Assembly (NCBI GenBank): GCA_043228905.1
Contig: JBHGNT010000003.1
Span: forward strand, 18,290,001-18,354,000
Reading direction: 5' to 3'
Origin: Azolla caroliniana
Lineage: Eukaryota > Plantae > Polypodiophyta
DNA length: 64,000 bases
The position numbers were made by a program, and so were the translations under genes. How positions within the stretch are numbered: the first letter of the stretch is position 1; each line of letters begins with the position of its first letter. Shown here in pieces: positions 49,830-61,902 of the stretch. Below the pieces are notes generated by a model. It saw only the letters and a list, made by a program, of their open reading frames with translations. It was not told the origin of the DNA and searched no databases.

Positions 49830-52783
49830 TTCACCAGTTTCGTGCTTGCCGATTGCTTGACCGGTTATCGTCTCGTCGTGCTTACCACTGTCTAGTTCGG
49901 TGTCAACCTTTGTCTATTCAAACCGGTTTCTTGGCATGGGTCCATAATATGGTTTGAGTCAAAACCCATTGACCCATTTACCCATAACTTCTTCAGTGAG
50001 TGTCCCTAGCTGGTAGGAACCGTTGAACTCTTGTGTAATCCAATATGGTCTGGTCCACTGAAACCGTAGCTTCCCCGGCATCTTACCCATCTGGGTCTGG
50101 AATACAAGTACCGGCTTGTCGATCTCGAACATTTTTTCGTTACCTTTCCGGTGTCGATCGACAAATGCTTTCCTTCTCCATTGCTCCAGTTCCATGTGCA
50201 TCAGGTTGGCTATCCGGTGTTCCTCTAGTTCGCATAGTGCTACTAGCTGGATTGTTTCCGACTCCTTCTCGTTTAGGCGTTCCCGAACCTGTAACCGCAA
50301 ATTGGGAACTTGGAATTCAATCGGCATTACCGCTTCCAATCCGAATGCTAATCAGAAAGGCGTTGTCTGGATACTTGTCTTATATGTTGTCCGGTAGGCC
50401 CAGAGTGCACTGTGTAGCTTTGTATCCCAATCCGTCCGGTTCTTATTGACGATTTTCCGTAGGATGTTTTGTAGCGTCTTATTTGTGGATTCGGCTAATC
50501 CGTTGGCTTGTGGATAATACGAAGTGCTTCGCTTATGCACCACCGCATAGAATGTCGTCAAGCTCTCTACCACTTGTCCTAGGAAATGCCCACCTTGGTC
50601 GCTAATTAGCTCGATTCGACATCCATACCGGCACCAGATATACTCATATAAAAACTTTGTCGTGGATGTCGTGGTGTTGTCACGTAGTGCTTTGGCCTCC
50701 ACCCACTTGGTGCAGTAGTCCGTAGCGACAATCACGTATTAGTTGCCGGTTCTCATTGTTGGTGGTTTAAATGGGCCGACAAAGTCCAACCCCCATTTCT
50801 GAAATGGTTCCAATGGTAGCACCAGCTGGTGAGGCATTCTTGCCTATTCCGTTGGTTGGCCCATCCGCTAACCTAAATCGTATTCTTCAGCATACCGGAC
50901 AACGTCTTTTAATGTTGTCGGCCACCATAGGCCACTCTGCCATATTTTCCTTGTCGTAGCGTCCCCAGCATAATGCCCTTTGGCAACGCCGCAGTGTGCT
51001 TCGCGCAGTATTTGGTCTTTCTCGTTGCTGCGCACTGCGCGCCGCCATATGCCATCCACGCCTTTATGGTACAGTGTGTCCTGCAGTAGGCAGAAGTGCC
51101 GGCTTTGTACTGCTAATCGTTTCCCCTCGTCTTTGTTCATCTCCTCTAGAGGTAATCCGGTGCTCAGGAACTGGTGCATGTTAGTGAGCCACTTCTCCTC
51201 CTCGACGACCATACCATCTGTTGTCGTTTCTGCTGTGACCCTAAACAACTCTGCATCCGGAAACTCGTCTGGGACTCGGTCACCGGTTTCACTAACCGGC
51301 TCAAATAATCCGCAACCGCATGTTGTATGCCTGGCCGGTGAAATATCTCAAACTCAAATTCCTGTAATAATAACGTCCACCGGGCCACCTTACCCGTGAG
51401 TGATACTTTTGAGACCAAGTAAAGTAGCGCCAAATGGTCTGCATGAAAGGAAAATTTCCTGCCCAATAAATAGTGTCGGAACTTGGTGACGCTATATATC
51501 ATGCCCAAGGCTTCTCCTTCCGTCGTTGAGTAATTACGTTCCGCCTGGGACAGCTTCCGACTGGCATAATACACGGGCCGGTACCACTTCGGTTCGGTAA
51601 GCTACATTAATGCGCTCCCAATTGCTATGTCGGACGTGTCTACGAATACGTGGAATTCTTTAGACCAATCCAGAGGTTGCACCACCGGTGCTTGTGATAG
51701 TAGTACTTTTAATGCTCGGTAAGCCTTCTCTTCTGTGTCCGTCCATTGAAACGGTGTCCGGTGCACCGCAACATACAATGGTGTGGCCAGGTCTGCCAAA
51801 TACCGGAGCATCTGGCTATGCCACCGGATTTGTCCTAGGAACCGACTCAATGCTTTCGCCGTGGTGGGTGCCGGTGCCTCCAAAATTCCTTTGACCTTGT
51901 CCGGGTCTACTGCAATACCGTGCTTGCTAACGATGTGGCCTAGTAATGCACCGCTTGACACTCTGAACACGCATTTCGCCGGGTTAAGGCTTAACCAGTA
52001 AACCCTACATTTCTCAAGACATAGTTGGAGGTGTTGGAGGTGTTCCCCTTCCCAGCTGTACATGGTGAAATCGTCTGGCAACACCCGCATGAATGCTGGA
52101 ATAAATTCTCCGAAAATCTCCATGATTATCTGCTGAAAGGTTGTCGGCGCCGTTTTAAGTCCGAACATCATGACTATGACGACAAATACTCCCCATTAAG
52201 TAACAAAAGCGGTTTTCTCCTAGTCGTCGTGGTGCATCCAGATCTGATTGTAGCCGCTGAATCTGTCTAGGAAACTATAAACTTCGTGACCGGCTACTGC
52301 ATCCAGGACTCCATCCATAAAAGGGAGTGGGAAGGCATCGGTTACCGTTCCTGCATTGAACTTCCGGTAGTCGACAGATACCTTGATTTTTCCGTTCTTT
52401 TTCGGTATGACGACTAATAGACTCAACCATGTCGCCTTCTTGACCGGTCGGATGAACCCTACCCGTAACAATTTGTCAATTTCGTCCTTTACTTTTGCTG
52501 CATAATTAGGGTTCATCCGGTAGCGTAGTTGCGCGACCGGCCTGGCATCCTTACTCAGATGTATCTGGTGTTGATACAACTAAGGATCTAGCCCCTGCAT
52601 GTCCTCATAAGACCACGTGAATATGTCCCGAAACTCCTTTAATAAGGGGATCATTGTCGTCTTCCTTTCTGGAGTCATTTCTTTGGCGATGTGAACAGGT
52701 CTTGCGTCCTCTGCAGTGCCTAGGTTTACCTCTTCCAGCTGAGAGGCTTTTACGCGTTGAGATACTGCCAATTCCTTCTCCAA
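49830..52783 (-). pseudogene. Athila-like pol (RT-RH-INT)
   Basis: ORF fragments from 52220-52579 down to 49959-50339. Confidence 0.9.
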
Positions 52784-53603
52784 AGCTTCCTACACTTGTC
52801 GTAACTCTCTAATGGCTTCTTTATCCAGTTCTTCATTGGCATCCTCTAGTTGCATTATATATGGCTCAACTACTTTCGGTTGTCTTGTTTTCTCCGTGAC
52901 AATCGATCCTGCCAAGTCAGTGTTATCAACCCACTAACGACGCTTGTCGAGCCTATTGCACGCCCGCTTCACCACAATCCAATTTACCACAAGCCCGTTT
53001 TCTTGGGTATCATCTTCAAGAAGAGTCCCCAATTCTCGTCTATCCTTCATATCCACAGCTTTCAAGAAGTACAAAGTCTTGTCCTCCTCTTGCAGCACTT
53101 GGTCTGTGTTGGGGAGACGACTAAACATCTAGTCAAATTCTTCATACACCCTCGAGGCACTCATCTTCTTATTTTTCTTCTCTATCCACTTCATCAAGGC
53201 ATGTCTAGTCATCCTAGACAAATCTTCTGTCACAAACTCTGCTAATATTGCTTTCTCGAACTCGGACTATGTTGTCTTGCCTTCTTGAAGCTCGATGGCG
53301 TGCCTTTGGATGTTGTTGGCAACCACTCTCTTGAAACTTGTGACTTGACGTGCTTCAAACACGTCCCTCTGATTCATCTCCCTTCTGTATGCATCAAGGA
53401 ACTTCATAATGTTCCTTCTGTCAAATTGACCCTCGAGCTCCACAACACGGTCGACAGCCTTCTCCATGCTCACATCATTGTCCCGAGATCTCATCATTTG
53501 TTCAACGATTAGCATCATCCTTTCGAACTCTCCTGCTTGATTGCTTGAGGATGTCATCTCCAAGTATCGGTCGATCCTCGACTTGATCCTTCCTACCGCC
53601 TCT

Positions 53604-53621
53604 TTCACGTCGGGTTCACCA
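53604..53621 (-). promoter_or_regulatory. Primer binding site, tRNA-Trp
   Basis: Plus strand TTCACGTCGGGTTCACCA equals the 3' 18 nt (with CCA) of plant cytosolic tRNA-Trp as recalled. Confidence 0.88.
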
Positions 53622-54014
53622 CTTAATTATGTCGTGAAAATCCGTCACTATGTGCGGATCGTGAGGCAGAACCACCGGGGTTCTGGATCGAAAGGATTCA
53701 AAGTTTGTACTAGCTTTAGCGAGAAAGTATTTAAGATAGATTGAGAGAGATTGATATGGCGATAGAAAGATTTAGAGGGAGAGAGAGGGAGATTAAGATT
53801 GAACCCTTGACTTTAGATTTGAGAAACAAGATTAATACATCACCAATTGGATAACGAATTTTCTTTTTTTTTATTAATTTCTTGATTAATACATAGCTCC
53901 GTTTTTCTTTTATACATGCCCCCATGCATATGATGCATCTGACGGTGCAAGACATGCATGTAATGCATGTGATGCATGTTTGCCATTTGGCACTCATGCA
54001 TTGCATGTGTTGCA

Positions 54015-54190
54015 TGATAACCATGTCACTCATTCAAGCTCTCATGTATGAGAAGTATAATGATAAGATATAACTTAAAGAAATGACTTGCGTGATAACC
54101 ATGTCACTCATTCAAGCTCTCATGTATGAGAAGTATAATGATAAGATATAACTTAAAGAAATGACTTGCGTGATAACCATGTCACTCATT
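54015..54190. repeat. 78-bp tandem repeat (2.25 copies) in the 5' LTR
   Basis: TGATAACCATGTCACTCATTC at 54015, 54093, 54171. Confidence 0.9.
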
Positions 54191-54339
54191 CGACCAACCC
54201 GACCGATCCGTCTGTTCGGTCCCAACCGGTCCGATCTGGTCGCGTCCGTCCTGACCGGTTCAATCCACATCCGATTCGCATTCCATCCGGTCTGGTTCTG
54301 GTTCTGGTTCCGTCACCGTCCGTCCAGTCCGGTAGTTGG

Positions 54340-57300
54340 TACATTTCGAGGTTTTGACATCTTTTATGTAGAGCAACGTACAACATTTGGAGTGCTTATG
54401 ATAATAAAAGATGAGCTAAATCCTATGGTTGCCTATAATGATCAACGTGGGAGGTGGATGGTTGTCCAATGCATGATAAATGGCGAGACATATGATTTTG
54501 GTGGAATATATGCCCCGAATGCCTCAAGGGATAGAGCTTTACTTTGGCAAGACATTTGTGCTTATCCATGGCCACAAAATGCATTTATATGTGGAGATTT
54601 CAACAACTCTCCCAATGCAGGTGATAACACTAGTGGGCACTCACATATGTTGAGAGAGGAACAATGTCAGTGGTCTAATATGCAAAGCTCATTAGATTGG
54701 GTTGATTTATGGCAAATGACACACCCACATGTTCCTGGTTTTACCTTTCGTCACACCACCCACTCCGCATACTATGCAAGGCTTGATAGATGGTATTTGT
54801 TGCATGCTAGTTAGTATGAAAATTTCACATGTACAATGCATATAGATCATGCTTTGCAGTTGTCAGATCATGCTCATGTCTGGCTAGACCTTGATTTTGG
54901 GAGTCATTCCTATGAAGTCCATCTCCAAAGGAAGAGACTTATGCTCATTAACAACAGCTACCTCAAGCATAAAATCTTCAAGAGGATGGTCTATCACATA
55001 ATACCTCCTCTTTATGTAGAAGTCAACATAGATGTTGATATAGCATGGGTACATTTTGTACATAGATTACAAACAATAATACAAGAGTATGGGAAGTGCT
55101 ATGTCTCAAGACAGAGAGATTACACTCAACAAGCCAAATTTACTTGTCAAGCCCTAACAGAGTTAGCACATAGAAGATCTTTGACTTTACATGAAGAGGA
55201 TGCATTGTGTATGGCCAAACACACATTGATGCTACATGACAAAAATAAATTGGAAAAATGGCAAGTTAGGTCAAGACAAATTCCATTGAAAGACAAAGGA
55301 TGCTCTTCTAAATCCTTCTTCAAAAGGTTGCATCTAATACGCCAAAGGGAATCCATTAAATTCATCAAAACTGGTGATGGTTTGTGGAATACAAACCGAC
55401 TTGAACTAGCCAAGGAATGTGTAACTCACTTCTCTCCCATCTTTGAGAACAATGTCGTTGTTACAGATGAAGTTAAACAAGCTCGAGATACATTCTTGTC
55501 AGTAGTTCAACCCACTATTTGTGTTGATAAAGCTATTGCTTTGGATGCAACATTCACAATGGAGGAGCTCTTGGTGGATCAAAAGGGCATCGGGAAAGGC
55601 AAAGCGCCTAGTCTGGATGGCATTACATTAGAGTTTATTATAGAATTTTGGGATGTTCTTAAGGATTTAATCCTATCTATGGAAAATAATGCTTGGCAAC
55701 AATGGGATATGCCGATGTCATGGAAAGACGGTTTGGTCAAATTAATACCCAAAAAAAAACTGTGTGAATCTTTTTCGGATTGGCAAACAATCACTCTCAT
55801 GCCAGGGATCTACAAACTTATTGCAAAGATAATTGCTAATTGTATTAAGGACACTTTGTTGGGATGCATACATGTAAACCAGTACCGGTTCATTCCTCGA
55901 AGGAAAATTACAGATAATATTGCTAATGCTTATATTGGAATGGAGTATGCCAAATACACCAAACAATATGTATTGCTCATGCAAATTGACATTGAAAAGG
56001 CCTTTGACACCATCCAATGGGATTTTGTGGCAGCCACAATGGTCAAACTAGGATTTGGTCCGAAAATGTCTCAAGTAATCTATTGGCTTTATGGGTCTAG
56101 GACATCTTCATGCATTATTGAGGGTGAATTGACAGATACATGGAGCTTAGCCAAATCAGTACGACAAGGTTGTCCTGTAAGTGCATTGTTGTATGCAATC
56201 ACAACTCATCCACTGATATTGTACATGGATCATCTAGTATCAATTGATCAACTTCATGGTTTGCAAATGAAAGACGGTCATGATTTCGTGGATCAAGCAT
56301 ATTCAGATGATACATCATTCCTATCACAAAACAATCCAAATGATATGAGGGTGATTATGGATGCCCTCAAATTGTATGGATTGGCTGCTGGATTGCATGT
56401 TAACTTCAACAAATCCAAACTTCTACCCTTGACACCATATAGTTGGCATCAACTTCTGTGGCCAGGTTAGGTTGTTAGCCCAAATGAAATGGTTAGACAT
56501 CTTGGCTATCCATTGGGATGGAATGCAATAGGGAAAAGAAAGGTTGAATTGGTTCTGCAAAAAGTGAGACATTGCAACATGGCCACTCCATGTCAAATTG
56601 AGGATAGTGCAATCAATATTCATGGCTTATATGCAGTATTACTTAATTATGATTGATTGGCCGAAACACATGATACAAAAGATTAACTCAGAAATCATAA
56701 GCAACTTTTGGTGCTCTAAGGAGTCGCATAGAGGTATACGACTTTTATCACTCGAGAAGATATGCACTCCACAATTGAGTGGAGGGCTAAACTTTCTTAA
56801 TTTGCATTTGCATATGTTGGCTAGAAAAGCTACTTTATTGCCGAAATTTGCTGAAAAAACATTGCCTTGGGCAAGAATGCTATATGATATGTTTGATCAT
56901 TTGAAAACTAAGTCATTTGGCTCATAAGAAACTAATAATTGGGATGTAGTGTTTGGAAAGCGTGACAGGCACATCAAAGGCTCTTCATTTAGCTGAAAGC
57001 TTTTAAAGCACTGGAAGGACGTATTGCACCACATAAAATGGAGAGGTAGGAATTCAGAATTAGGGAACTCTTTACGCCTCAAAAGCTTACACTGGAGTGC
57101 CAGTCATTAGCTGAACAAGAGCCTAAGAAAGCTTACTTTTTAGCAAAGAAGGGGCTGAAATCAATTGCAGATGTGGTAAATGACCAAGGTCACTTATTGC
57201 ACTTCAATGACATGACATGTTGTTATAATTTTGGGCCACATCATTGCGTTATATGGAATCAAGACACCGAGTTGGTGCTTTCCTTAGTACCTGTGCCACC

Positions 57301-58070
57301 TCTCAATGGAGATTGTAGGATTTAGGATTGGATGTTACAAAAAGGGAACATTGTTATTCCAATGCATAACATTACAACACATTCAATGTATATGTTGTTG
57401 CAACCTGTCCCATAGTTTCACGAACATGCAAATGCATTATGGAACCTACACAAAACGCACTCTTGGTGTAATAACAGGCTTGCAAGCTTATGGAGCTCTG
57501 GTCTTCCACTTAAGCAACGGGTATTCCTATGGAGATGCTTATTGGGTGTGCTCCCGACTGTCGAATCTTCAATAGAGATCAATAGCCTCACTGCATTGTG
57601 CAAGATGTGGTGGATGATTGGAAACAATCCCACACTTATTATGGACTTGTTCATTCACTACAGCATTTGTACAAAGACTAAGTGCCTCTCTTTATCGCAG
57701 ATTTCCTGGCCGAAGGTTTGGTAAACACTTTTGGATATTTGGACAAATTCCATGCGCACTATCCGACAATGCCTATTTTCTCCAATGGACACGATTTTGG
57801 GCACCTTGGACCATTTTGAAAACCCGCAATAATAAGGTCTTTGATCGAAACCAATTGCATGAAGTTAGCTTCTTTAAGCAATCCCTGAGGCAATCTCTAT
57901 TTGATTGTCTGCAACTTAAAGACATCACACTCCAAATTTACAACCTTTTCTTTGAGTGCTTTTAAGCCCTTTAGTGTCTAGTCGACACTTGTATATTTCT
58001 CCTTATTCTTTGTGGGTTTTCACCTCACTTTGTGGTTTCCCACTAGTAATAAAAGTGTTACTAAAAAAAA
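54340..58070 (+). mobile_element. L1-type LINE, 5'-truncated, ORF2 EN-RT-zf with poly(A)
   Basis: IYAPN, CGDFN, RLDRWY, SDH; KAPSLDG, DIEKAFD, VRQGCPVS, YSDD; ETIPHLLWTC. AATAAA at 58048, A8 tail 58063-58070. Confidence 0.93.
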
Positions 58071-58600
58071 CAGATTACCATATGCCAGACGTGTATTTGC
58101 TTTTATGTCACAAATTTGTTCTGCTACTTGCATGGCTTCTTCACATGATTGTGGGTTCATCTTCTCCACCTTCACTTGCTGACACCATGACCCATAGCTC
58201 TGGCTCTACATGACTTTGAACCAAGAATAACTCTGTTTCCCTTATCCATCTTGTGAGTGTTATGGAGTTCCTTTCTCCTACATGTGTACGTGGTTTGATT
58301 GTTTTGAATGTACCAAGGTTGTTGCAGCGATCTCTGCCATTGCCTAATTCCATTCTTTGGAACAACTCTTCTAATCTCCCTTGTCCACCTTCCATGTGCC
58401 TTCTTCCTTGCATTTCCATTGTGTTTACTCCTTATCTCTCCTCGTCTCTCAACCATCTCTCCCTTAGTTGCTCCTCCTCGTGATTCCTTAAGTCATATGT
58501 TTCTTTGATTTCTTGCTCTACTTTGTCTTGTACTGTATTGCTCAGTGACGTCCCTACCCCTTCATTCATCTCACTTGGGTTGAAACCCTTTCTCCTTCTC
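58071..58600 (-). mobile_element. Ty3/gypsy gag N-terminus, probably the 5' part of the chromovirus at 35540-40209
   Basis: KPRTHVGERNSITLTRWIRETELFL is a retrotransposon gag-type motif; strand and order fit. Confidence 0.6.
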
Positions 58601-58752
58601 CTTTCTCTCATGAGTGTGAAGTATTAAGGAAAAGAATACAAAATGTAAAATAACTAAATAAACAATTATGACTCCTGATATGAAGAATCACACGAATAGG
58701 CACTTGTATTCTATTAGAAAACAAATACACATTTCTCTCTAATTGAGGAGAG

Positions 58753-61700
58753 TGTTGGGAAATCAGTCCCTCCAGATGGGATCCGGTTATCAATGAAGAG
58801 ATCCGAAAACCGGATCGGATGAACCCTGTGAGAATCGGAAGAGATACGGTTACCGATTGGATGGACCTGGTGAGCCGGAAGTAAAGACATATTTGTGAAT
58901 ATGTTTTGAGTAAGCCTATTGAGGCTATATTTGTAAATAGCCCTAAGTTCATATAAGTATAAATATGACTTAAGGCAAACACTTTTGTGTGTGGTTGATG
59001 AGTGGTCATATTATTGTATGTGTATAATTATTGTACATATAGTGTATGAGAGAGAGAGATACAAAGAAATACTCTATTGTAACCGCCGGCTGGCGAAGAT
59101 ACAGAGCTCAAGGTTGTTGCCTCCGAGTTTCTGAGTGTACCCCCTTTCTTTATAGTGTTAGTTTGGAGTCTGTGGGCTCCCATGGTTTTTCCCTATTAGG
59201 GTTTTCCATGTAAACATCCTGTGCACTCTCTATTGTCTGAGGAAGTTTGTGCGTTCTCTCCCCATTTCCCATTTTTGTGTTTGATCCTTCAACAAAGTGT
59301 TTCATTACTCAGTTGTGGCAGTTCGAGGAGTACTGTTGGCTGAAGGGAATCCGGCTCGAGTTTACTGTGCTGAAGACGCCGGAACTAAACGGGTTGGCCG
59401 AAAGGATGAACCGGACCATAATGGAGAGAGTCCGGAGCATGCTAGCACATGCAAAGTTACCCAAGACATTTTGGGCTGAGGCGCTGACAATAGCGACCTA
59501 TGTGATAAACAATCACCCTCAGCACCCTTGGACAGAGACTCACCGCAAAAATTATGGACCGGTAAAGACATGTCTTACCGGCATTTGAAGGTGTTCGGGT
59601 GTCTCACATATGTGCATGTTGCAAAGGACAAGAGGGAAAAGGTGGATCCGAAGTCCAGGCCATGCATATTCCTTGGATATGGCAATGATGAGTTCGGTTA
59701 CCAGGTGTGAGATATGGTCGACCAGAAGGTGTTTCGGAGTCGGGACATAGTCTTCATGGAAGACAAGACCATTGCCGACTGGGAGTCGGAGACGAAGGCG
59801 ATGAACTCTGGATCATCCAATGAAAACCGGCTTGAGGACACAAGGACTTACCCGGTTGAACATCGGACGCTAGCCGGTAACCGAATGACACTCGACGAAC
59901 CAGCCGAATACAGACAAGAAACCGTACCGACCGAAGAAGAAGAAGAAGAAGACACTGAAACCGGACAAGATCCCGAATCGGATGAGGATGAGGAACAAAC
60001 ACAGGAACCTGCAGTCAAAAACCAAGGACGGAGATATCCTCTCCGAGAGAGAATAGCCCCCCGGAGATTTCTGGATGCAGAGCATGTGTTGCTAACCAAT
60101 GAGGGGGAGCTGGAAAGCTTCGAAGAAGCAAAGAGACACATCCACAATCGCAAGTGGTTGAGTGCCATGCAGGATGAGATGGATTCCCTGCATGAGAACC
60201 ACACATATGAATTGACGGAGTTGTCGAAAGGGAAGAGAGCACTTCGGAACAAGTGGGTGTACAAGCTGAAACCGGGAGATGCCGGAAATCCACCAAGGTA
60301 TAAGGCCCGAATCATGGTGAAGGGCTTCTAGCAGAAGAAAGGAGTGGACTTCGATGAGATCTTTGCCCCGGTAGTAAAGATGACATTCATCCGGATGGTA
60401 TTGGGAATAACGGCAAGCGTGGACCTCGAGGTAGAGCAATTGGACGTCAAGACGGCGTTCCTACATGGCAACCTCGAAGAAGAGATCTACATGCATCAAC
60501 CGGAAGGATTTGAGAAGGAAGGGAAGGAGCACCTAGTGTGCTGGCTGAAGAAGAGCTTATACGGATTGAAGCAGGCCCCCCGACAATGGTACTAGAAGTT
60601 CGACTCCTTCATGACCGACCAAGGGTACCACAAAACGCAAGCCGATCACTACGTGTTTTTGAAGAAATTTGACGGAGGAGATTTCCTGATACTCCTCCTA
60701 TATGTGGATGATATGTTGATCGTCGGACGAGACCAAGTCAAGATACGGATGCTGAAGAAGGCTCTGATCCAGACCTTCTCAATGAAAAACTTGGGGCCAA
60801 CAAGACAGATATTGGGAATGCACATCATCCGGAACCAGTCGAAGAACTGGTTATGGTTGTCACAGGAGAAGTACGTGACAAAGGTGCTCCAATGGTTCAA
60901 CATGTCGGAGGCGAAACCGGTCAAGTCGACACTTCCGGCAAACTGCAAGCTATCCGGGAAACAAAGTCCGAGGACAAAGGTGGAGAAGACGGATATGATG
61001 AAGATACCATATGTCTCTACCGTCGGAAGCTTGATGTATGCGATGGTATGTACCCAACCGGATATCAGATATGCAGTCAGAGTGGTAAGTCGGTTCATCA
61101 GCAATCCCAGAAGGGAGCATTGGAACACGGTCAAGTGGATACTCCAATATCTGAAAGACAACTCGAGTATGTGCCTCTGGTTCGGCTCCAATAATCCCCA
61201 ACTTGACAGATTCACGGATTCATATATGTCGGCTGATGCGGATACCAGCCGGTCTACATCCGGATATGTCATGACTTATGTAGGGGGAGCTATATCATGG
61301 CAGTTGAGACTACAGAAGACCGTTGCACTGTCGACAATGGAAGCAGAGTACATGGTAGTTGTGGAAGTTGGCAAGGAGATAATCTGGATGAAGGACTTCA
61401 TCGGAGAGCTAGGAATCCAACAAGAGGAATACCGGCTCTACTACGACAGTCAAAGTGCCATCCACCTTGCAAAGAATGCAGCCTACCATTCCCGGACGAA
61501 ACATATCCAGTGGAGGTACCACTGGTTCCAGGAGAGAGTAGAAGATCAAGAGTTCGTGCTGACGAAGATTCACATGGAGGAGAACGGGTTGGATCCCGGT
61601 GGGATATGCTGACCAAGGTGTTGACTACCGACAAGATGGACGCATGCCGAAAGCAAATCAGGCAGAGGAGACATCCCATGCCAGAGTTAAGGGGGAGATT

Positions 61701-61902
61701 GTTAGGAAATCGGTCCCTCCAGATAGGATGCGTTATGAATGAAGAGATCCGGAAACCGGATCGTATGGACCCGGTGAGAACCGGAAGAGATCCGATTACG
61801 GATCGGATGGACCTAGTGAGCCGGAAGTAGAGACATATTTGTGAATATCTTTTCAGTAAGCCTATTGAGGCTTTATTTGTAAATAGCCCTAAGTTCATAT
61901 AA
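58753..61902 (+). mobile_element. Copia element D (family B/C), gag-PR deleted, 3' LTR interrupted
   Basis: 5' LTR 58753-59294 (TGTTG...CAACA). INT C-terminal half, RT YVDD, RH. PPT 61689-61698. 3' LTR 61700-61902. Confidence 0.92.

Larger units (their letters stand above)
45888..52785 (-). mobile_element. Athila-like gypsy (5' part deleted) with a large extra ORF between pol and the 3' LTR
   Basis: LTR 45888-46281 (TGTTA...TAACA). [46 protein letters not shown]. No archaeal-type RNase H is seen between RH and INT. Confidence 0.82.
40210..54335 (-). mobile_element. Non-chromovirus gypsy, Phygy-like, tRNA-Trp primed; contains a nested Athila-like element
   Basis: 3' LTR 40210-41443 (TGTTGTGAA...TTCACGACA), PPT 41444-41455. 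5' LTR 53630-~54335 (truncated). PBS 53604-53621. gag 52800-53560; PR ALIDHG; RT LPQGATNS / PFLDDIP; RH and INT 41640-43425. Confidence 0.88.
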
